This document shows positions 53,201 through 62,200 of a stretch of 64,000 nt of DNA, one piece after another. Both the position numbers and the translations under genes were made by a program. Each line of letters opens with the position of its first letter. The stretch's first letter is position 1. Source of the DNA: Candidatus Freyarchaeum deiterrae (lineage in GTDB: Archaea; Asgardarchaeota; Jordiarchaeia; Jordiarchaeales; Jordiarchaeaceae); contig CP147778.1 in assembly GCA_037305845.1 (NCBI GenBank), positions 1,760,001 to 1,824,000 of the forward strand. Direction: 5' to 3'. Under the pieces are notes generated by a model, which worked only from the letters and a program-made list of their open reading frames with translations, was not told the origin of the DNA and ran no database searches.

Positions 53201-56200
53201 GAAGTTTTCTACCTCACCAACATCACACAATATTTACAGACTGCTCTAGGCTATATGAATGAAACCAGTTTGACGGCACCCGGATACAATCCCCGATTCA
53301 CTCAGACACTGAACACGACAGAGCTTCCCACGAGTTTGTCCGCGTGGGCATATGTGAACGGAAGCAGCTCGCTCACCGTAGAGTTCTTTGATGAGAATGG
53401 AGCCTTCCTAAAATCGGATACGGTGTGCAGCGGGGGTTCCAACTGGTATCCGGTCTGCCTAGTGGACTTGACTCAGCCTGCGAACGCATCAACTCTGAAG
53501 TTTATAGTGGCAGCGGATAAACTGGATCATGCTTACCTCTGTCCCTCAATCTTGACCAGCAGTGGAATATATGAAAGCTTCAACAGCCTTGAGGGCTGGA
53601 CTGCTTTAGGCAACGGGACAGCGGAGAATAACAGTCAGGGATTAACGGTAACACTGAACAACGGGACTCTGACCCTGTGGACTGATGTATCGGAGCTGGG
53701 ATTCGACTTTTCAAGTTTCGACACCATAGCCGCCGCATATAACATAAGCGGCGACGTGAAGGCGAACATAGTTTTCGACTGGCTTCTTGTGGATGCGGAC
53801 GGAAACCAAGCGGAGTATCAGTCTTACGTGAATCTGTCCCGAGATTCAGCTTGCGCTATTGACCCTATATCCCAGTATTATAAGATTTATGCTCCAATTT
53901 CCTTCCCATTTGAGGATTGTGTGGAGAACTTCTCTTACACGAATTTTGACTTGAACCGAATCATGCTCAACTTCTCGGGAACCGGTCAGGCTAACGTATC
54001 CTGGGTTCAGACCCTGTATATTCCCGATTGGTACTTCATATCGGTAACCGAGAATATAACATCAACCCACCTATACGTGAACTGGCTCACCAAATCCCTA
54101 GTGTTCGGCGGCGTTTTTAACAGCAGTGCGGGTGAGCCGAACTGGGTGGGGCTTATGCACACTTTCTCAGAGGATGTGAACCTCACAACTAATCCAGTAT
54201 TGGAAGTGAATTTCCGAACCCAGAACACCAGCCTCAAGCTGGGCTTAGAAGTCTTGGTTTATGATGAGCTGGGCTTTCAGTGGGTATGGGCGAAGCTACC
54301 CGCCTCAGAAGTTATCTTCGAGCACCCCATATACACACCAACCTTCGTGAACATTCCCGATTACCTTCGGTCGAACAACGGACGTCTGTACACATCCCTC
54401 CGAGCCATCCGACTGTACGTGAATGATACAACTGGTAACTATTCCGGACTGGGAAGCATGGAGATATCAAGCATTTGGCTACACCCCGCCTGCGGCGCTC
54501 CCCTGTCTTTCTTGGTATTGGATGATTTCGAGGCCGATGACCTTTCCCGGTGGCAGGAAGAGGCGGGCTGGCTTCTCCCCTACACCGACCTCAACCAGTG
54601 GAGCAGCAACCAGATAATCTGCGGCGGAAACATAGCGTATGGTCCCCCTGGTTGGGAGGACGACAGCTTTCAGACCGGCTGGTACAGCGGGTACAACTAC
54701 TCCTCAAACGGTGACGTCCTGACTTGGACCCCCTCCAACTACCCGTTAAACGTCTACAACATCACCGGCGGTAGCTCAGACGCCGAGGTCGAGTTAAGCA
54801 CGTATCTCAATACTCGGTGGTTCCGCCCCGGGGACACTCAGATGAGGCTGGGCCGCGAGGACACGACCTGTTGGGTCTACGTACCTCCCTATGCTTATCC
54901 TGTTACTGTATATGTTTACAAGCGAACCTTCGTCCGGTTTCCGCTCTACATCCCCGAGAACGCTATCATAACCAACGCTTGGATAAGCCTCAAGTCTAAG
55001 ACCAACGAAACCAATAGCATTCCCTGCGCCGTAAACCTGCTGGACTCCGGCAACTTTCCAGAATTCACAGACGACCCCTGGAATTGGCCGACCTCTGGTG
55101 GCGCTGTGGGTTGGACTGCGCCGAGTACCATTGCGGATTGCTGGTACAATACTTCAAACATTTCCACATTGGTTCAACGTTTCATAAACACGACGGGATA
55201 CTACCCCGGTAAATACGTGGGATTCAGACTTATGGACAACGATACCATAGGTGCCTGGAAGACTTGGTATACCTACGAGAGTGACCCGCAGAATGCCCCC
55301 AAGCTCTACGTGTCCTATACCGTTCCGGGGAACTACTACATTTCGAAGGCTGTAAATGTGGATGTCGGCGAGTATCCCTGCCTCGTTTTCAGAGCGAAGT
55401 GTAACGTGGACAACAGCACGATACATCTGGCTCTAGGAACTCCTGAGGATCGTTACTATTTTAAAACTTACTTCGAACTCAATCAGTCCTACCGAACCTT
55501 CGCTATTCCCATATCCAACGGCTTCAACGCCACCAGCATCACGATCTTTTATCCAGACTTTCAAAACGTGAAAGTGGACATAGACTATCTAGGACTGCTA
55601 AGGTCGGTGAGTCTCGAGGGCACGGTAATGAACAGCTCCCTCTCGGTGAACGGTGGATTTGAAAACGGCGACTTCTATAACTGGACCCTGTCGCAGTGCT
55701 ACGGGTGCACAGTTGAATCCCCTGAGTTGGTTGCTGAGGGGGTTCATGCTGGGAATATTACCTGCAATGGTGTTGGTCAGTGGCTTTCACGCACCGTGTC
55801 TGGTGATAACATAGTCAAGTTCTCAATCTACAAGCCGAGTAGCTTTAACGCAAGTAACAGATACTTCTTCCAACTATACGATGCAGACCCGTGGGGCTCA
55901 GGGAAAAAGATAACTTTCTACTTGGTGGACTCCTTTGATACAAATATGAGTGAATATGGAGACAGTAAAAACAAGGCTCTCAAATGGTCTCAGAAGAATG
56001 GAACCTATAAAGACTACTACATAGACCCCCACGCCCTGTATAATCTATACTGGAATAATACTGACCCCACACAGATTGAGGTTCGGTTCGGTGTGGAGGC
56101 AAACCAGTCATCGAACATGGTTATCGACGGCTTCGGGGTCTGGGACCGCGGTTCAGGTTTGGCACCAAATAATATTGCGATTTATCCAAGCATGCCTTTG

Positions 56201-59200
56201 GATAATCATGATTCTCTGAAGCTTTTGTACTCATTTCCCAGTGAGAGCACCGATGTCTGCACTTACACCTTCACCATAGATAGGGACTTCAGTCAAGAGA
56301 AGTACTTCTCCCTCTGGGTTTACCAAGACCAGTACAATAAGAAGTGGAACCACACGCTGGACATTTGCCTGCGCTGCAAGGACGGTAGCTTCGGCGGCTG
56401 GAACATGACCATGAACTGGTCGCAGGATTTGAAGAGGCTGGTTCTCCCACTGGACAATTTCACGTACGAGTCTGGATCAGTGGTTTCTGGGCAGTTGGAA
56501 AAAATAGTAGTCAGTTTGAAAGACCAGTACGGTTACGTCAAGGAGGACGGCTGGATTCTATTAAGCGGTCTGCTTTTCGGACACCAGTACAATTTCACTC
56601 TCACCAGTGAGAGCTATAGCGGAAGCGGAGCGGTGAGAATACAGAATCCGAGTGGAGGCTGGGTAAAAATATTTGCGTCGGGTAACGAAACGGGTACTAT
56701 TCCCTTCACGCCCGATGAGCTTCTCTGCTTCGCGGCTAAGCCTAAGGGTGACACTCCCTGGGCGGTCATGGTGGATTTAGCTCTAAAGGATGGGAGCACC
56801 GCAACCCTCGTCTGGTACCGCGGCAGTCGTCCCATTCCCTCAGAGTATCCTTACGATTACTTAACACAGATTGACTCTAACCCCGACAACTGGAACGAGT
56901 ACCGCCTGAACCTGTTCGACGCCGTAAAGAACTACGCCGAGCAGATGGGCAGGGGCGGCTTCCAGCGCATAGAGAAGATTGCGTTTCTAGTGGGCCCAGG
57001 GGAGGTGGTTTTCGACAGCGTTCTCGTGAGGAATGTTCCTGAGAACCTAGATACCAGCCCCTTAAGCGTCTTAAGCAGCCCTGTGATATTCTTCTACGAC
57101 GAGGCTTATCCCTGTAGTTGCGGCGCGGGAGGGAATGACTGGAGTTTGGTTAACGAGACCCTTACCACGCTTGAAGCAGGTTTAAAGAGCATGAACATCA
57201 GTGTGGTTTGGGCTGATGCTCAGGAAGTGAGGAAACTTGTAAGCACTTATCCCCGAAGCGTCCTTGTAATCGTAGGTAGTATTGTGCCCGATACCCTCTG
57301 CGGTAGGGAGGGTTATTCGGTTCTTGAAAACTTCGTGGAGCGTGGAGGCACGGTACTCTTTCTCAGTGATGATTACGCTCCCGTAAGCGCTGTAGGGCGG
57401 GAGGGATACGAAACACTCTGGTTCCAAGGTATGGGGCTGGAGTATCTTTTGGACGCTAAGTCTCCGACCATAGAGCTATTCAACTATTCAAGTTTGAAGC
57501 CTCTGAGCATAACCATGGATCCTACAGAGATGGGGGGCGGTCTCGGAGCTTTAAACGGTTTGAACACTTCGGGTTTCGCGTGGCTCATCCCCTACCTCCG
57601 TTATCAAAACCTGTGGGTTGAAACCTACTACTACAACAGTTCAGAACAGTTGGGGCGTGGAGTATGTGTGCGTCCTCAAGACTCGTTGGGCTACGTGGCG
57701 GAGTTCCCTCTGTCAATGGTTTCGGATGGTAACGATACCGGTGTGGTTGTGAAGTTTGTATCCGACCACTTTATCGATTTGTGGCTGGACACGTCTGGTT
57801 CTAACTTCGATGACTATGAGAGGCCTTTACCGGGGGTCTCCGATGAAAAGTTTATGGACTACTATGGAGAGATGAAGGCAGGAAACTGGAGCTTCTCAAC
57901 TGATATACCGGAGGAGGAATACTACGCTTCCGCAGAGTTCCAAGCCTTCTGGCACGTTTACCTGAACGCCTCCCTGAGTTCCGAGAGAAACGACTCCATA
58001 ACCGCCACCTATACGGTTAGCCCGAACAGCACCATTCTTCTATCGGAGTTCCCGTTCTTCACCGCAACGGTTCTCACTATAGGAAACTATACTAGGCTCA
58101 AGTTGGAGGCGGAAGTTTCGGGGCAATACTACACCCTTTTTGACGATAATGCGTCTGATTGGCGCAAGTACGTCTGGTATCTTCCCAATATTTGCGCGGA
58201 GGACGAATTTCAGGGTATGCGGGTAACTTTGTACGAGAACGATACCTGCGGTACGGGTAATGCGAGCGTCACGCTCACCAACTTAGGCGCTTACACTGTA
58301 GCCGTGCCTGAATACGGTTTCCCAAAATCCCTGAATGTGAACTTCCAGAACTCCTCTGTTTATGATTACCTGTTCTCAGGGGACAGTGATTATCCCTTCA
58401 TGGGCTTCAAGTTTAACGACACTCAGAACAGCGTTTACACTATAACCCGAGAATATCCCCACCCCTTCAGTTTCTTGGAATACCCCTACTTGGAGTTCGC
58501 CTCATCGGGCAGCGAGGGAAACTACACGGTGGAGCTGTGGCTTCAGAAGAAGTGTGGCGAGCAGAGCTACGCTTGGTACCTGCTTGACTGTTTCAACGGC
58601 TCCGATTCAGGCTCCTCACAAATGGTTATGGGATACAACCTCTACGCTAAATTCAATGCTTACTACGAACAATTCAAGAGTATAACTGCCGACCTGAAGG
58701 GCTGGAAATTAATTGTGAGGGGCAACGCCTCGCAGAACTCCTCAAAGAACTGCCTCTTCACACTAAAATACATCGCCCTCACCGATTATTACACCGGTTG
58801 GAGAATATACCCCGGTGGAATGGACTACACTGGTGGGCAAGGTTACGGTGATGGAGGAGAAATCGTCCTGAGCTTGGAGCAAGAATTAGGAGCATCAGAT
58901 AGCAGCATAAGCTCGAAGGAGAATATCGGTCTCAGTCCAAACGTCAGCTCGGTGGGTGATAGTAGCAGTTCAGGGCAGGATTCCCCTACCGTATCTGAGA
59001 GTGTCAAACCCTCCGAAGTGGATGTTTCCGAAATAGTCTCAAAGGAGGACTACTGCCTGAGCCCCAGCGCCTGGTGCGTATATAACAGCAGCGGGGGAGT
59101 CGAAGCCAAAATAGTGTCTGGCGAGTTCATTGAACTCCGGATGAGGCGGGCAATCGCCGATGACTGGGCGATGTTCAGATACGATCTGGGTGAGGGTGTT

Positions 59201-62200
59201 AACGTTTCTCAAACCAATTTCATAGACTTTAAGATGAGAGTGAGGCCCGAGGGTGGACTAAGGATTGTGGCTTACGCCGAGTTTTCATCTGCTGGTGGCC
59301 TTGTGGAGCTGGGTGAGTACTCGGCTGACGGAGTTTGGATTTCTTGGAGGCTTGATGTTCTTTCTCTGCTGGCGAAGGCGGGGGTCAACAATAGTTTGGT
59401 GACAGGGCTGGTGTTCAAGCTGGTGTGTGAGGGTGGCTCCGGCAGATACGACTGCTATGTGGATCTCTCTTACCTCAAGTTCTCGGGTTTCGCCTCATGG
59501 CGGGGCGGCTTGTCAACACTGTTCTATGATGATGGTGTCTACTCGGTTTTCCACTTTGAAGGCCTACAGGGGGCCACAATAATCTACAGCATACCTTCCG
59601 ATTATCACGACTTCAGCCTCACCTTCAATGCCAACTATCTCCTTGAGAAAACCAGTAAGGGCGTAAATGTGTTCTTCTACGACTTCACACAGGGAAGCTG
59701 GGTACATATATCAACCCTTGACCGAATGGACTCTTGGGAGAATGTAAGCGTGGGCATCGATGGAAACTTTGTGAGAGGTTATGACGGCAGATTTCTGGTG
59801 TATTTAGCTCCCATATACTCTCAGGATATTGACGTGAATCTCAGATTAGACTCGGCTGAGGTTATGGCAACCACCTCCACTCAGAACTACCTCGTTCAGA
59901 GCGGCTTATTGACTATGGGTTTGGACGGCACAGTGGATAGTGGTGATAGTTCACTGCCCACAAACTTGGATCACGTTTTCGACCACTTGGGCGGGGAGGC
60001 GGTGTGGTTTGGCGAAGACTACTACCGCGGCGGTAGCGTGAGCGACTGGCTTACCGGTTGGAGTTACCGCAAACCAGTGAGAGTGAATAATAGCGGCTCA
60101 GTGGATCTTTACAATTTTCAGGTTAAGCTAACACTTCAAGGGACTAATTCCAGTCAGGTGGGATACGTGGACTTTGGTAAGATTGCTCCCGACGGCAGTG
60201 ATATCCGGTTTACCGCAGCTGACGGGCTGAACCCTATTAGTTTCTGGATTGAGAACTGGAACAACACTAACCAGACTGCCACTGTGTGGATCAAGTGCCC
60301 GCTTCTAGGGAATAACTCGGTGACCGTTTACTACATGTACTACGGTTTCAAGAATGCGGAGAGCCTGAGCAACGGTGAGGACACCTTCCTATTCTTCGAC
60401 GACTTCTCCGGAGATATTCTGAATCCGGGGAACTGGATTGTTACGGGAAACGTGACCGTGAACAATGGCGTGGTAACCATAGGCGGGAACTCCATTGAGT
60501 CGAGGATTGAGAGCACTTACAAGTACGGTAATATGACGATTGTTCAGTGTCGGGGCCAAGTTTCAGACGACTGGAGTACGCCCACTCAGGTTACGAGGAT
60601 CTACTCTGTGGATGGCTCCGCTTCAGACTCCGAGTTATGGACCGTGGTTGTATATGGTACTTATTATGAGAATCACTATACCTTGAGCTCAATGATGCTG
60701 GGGCCCTACATTTATTATGGGAGTCCTTTTGGATCCCTCAGCGACTTCGTTAGGTTCAAGCTCGACATCCCCGTGGGCTCAACTATCACCAACGCCTACA
60801 TCAGTTTGAAGTCTACCAACAACGAGAGTAGCACCAACATTCAGAGCCAGGTGTGGCTGCTTAACTATTACAACTGTCCAGACTTCAGCGGCGGCGCCGT
60901 CGCTATCCAAGACATGCCCACTGTCGGTAGTCCTGTTTACTGGACTCCGACGGTTACCTATCAGGACTGCTGGTGCAACACCGCGAATATTTCCAGCCTC
61001 ATACAGAGTTACATAAGCATGAGTAATTATCAGCCCGGTGTCTGCTACGTGGGTCTCAGACTTAACGATATGAATACTCAGGTGGCTGATAAGAGTTGGT
61101 ATCAGTACGATAGCGGTGCGGGTAACGCGCCTAAACTTGTGGTCGCCTATGTTCCTCCCCCTGGTGAGGGTCAGTCGAGCGCTGTTGTATCTCTCAGCGA
61201 TTACTCAGACCCTGACCCCAGTGATGTTATCACCCTTGGGCAAGTTGACTGTTACGATTATAAGGGTAAGTGGGTGGGTGCGTTTAGGGACTATCCTCCA
61301 ATCAATTACACCATAGTGAATACTAACTGGTCTGCGGACACCAACTGGCATACTTTCCAAATATACTGGCTGGGGGCTAACAGCACCAGTCTGTGGATTG
61401 ATAGCAATAAGTGCAATATAAGTAGTTGGTATGTTCCCGACGGGGATAATCCTCTGCGTGTTATGCATGAGGCTAACGCTGCGCAGAGGAGCGGCACTAA
61501 GCTTTTTGTGGATTACACCTTCGTGAGGAAGTATGCTCAGGTTGAGCCGATGGTGAGTTATGATTCGGAGCAACTTCCACCCAGCATTCCACCCGCTTCG
61601 TCTTCTTCTGTTCCTGTTGACCGGTTGAGTGGCTCTGAGATGGTGCATTTGTACTGGCATATGCTTGAGAATGTTTCAAGTATTGATGATTACTACTTGG
61701 AGTTCCGATTGCGCAGTGATATGGGTGCGGTTTTCAAGGAGAATGTTCAGGGTGAAGCGAACGCTAAACTGGATTTGTACAGGGAGTTTATGCTCTCCCT
61801 CAGGAGCGTAATAGAGCCGCCTGTGAACTATTCTCCTGATAGTGATTACAGTAATGTGAATATGACGGTTAGACTATATGTGCAGTACTTCTACGCGAAC
61901 AATTCGGCTATCCCGAACGGCACCATTCTGTTCAATGAGACCACAATCACCTATCTTGATGATAATAACTGGGTTAGCTATGTTCTTGATGTTCCCAGTA
62001 GAGCTCCGGCTGGAGCTAGTAAATGGACGCCCCTTATACGGGCTGTGGGTCGCCCTGCGGACAGCTTCTGCCATCTGTTCATTGACGATATGAAGTGCCC
62101 CCAGACCTACCAGACTTCGCAGCAGAACACGAGTGCTAATATTGCTTGGGTGGCGGGAGGAGATGGACATGGGCATGTTTTGAACTGCTCTAGTAATGGT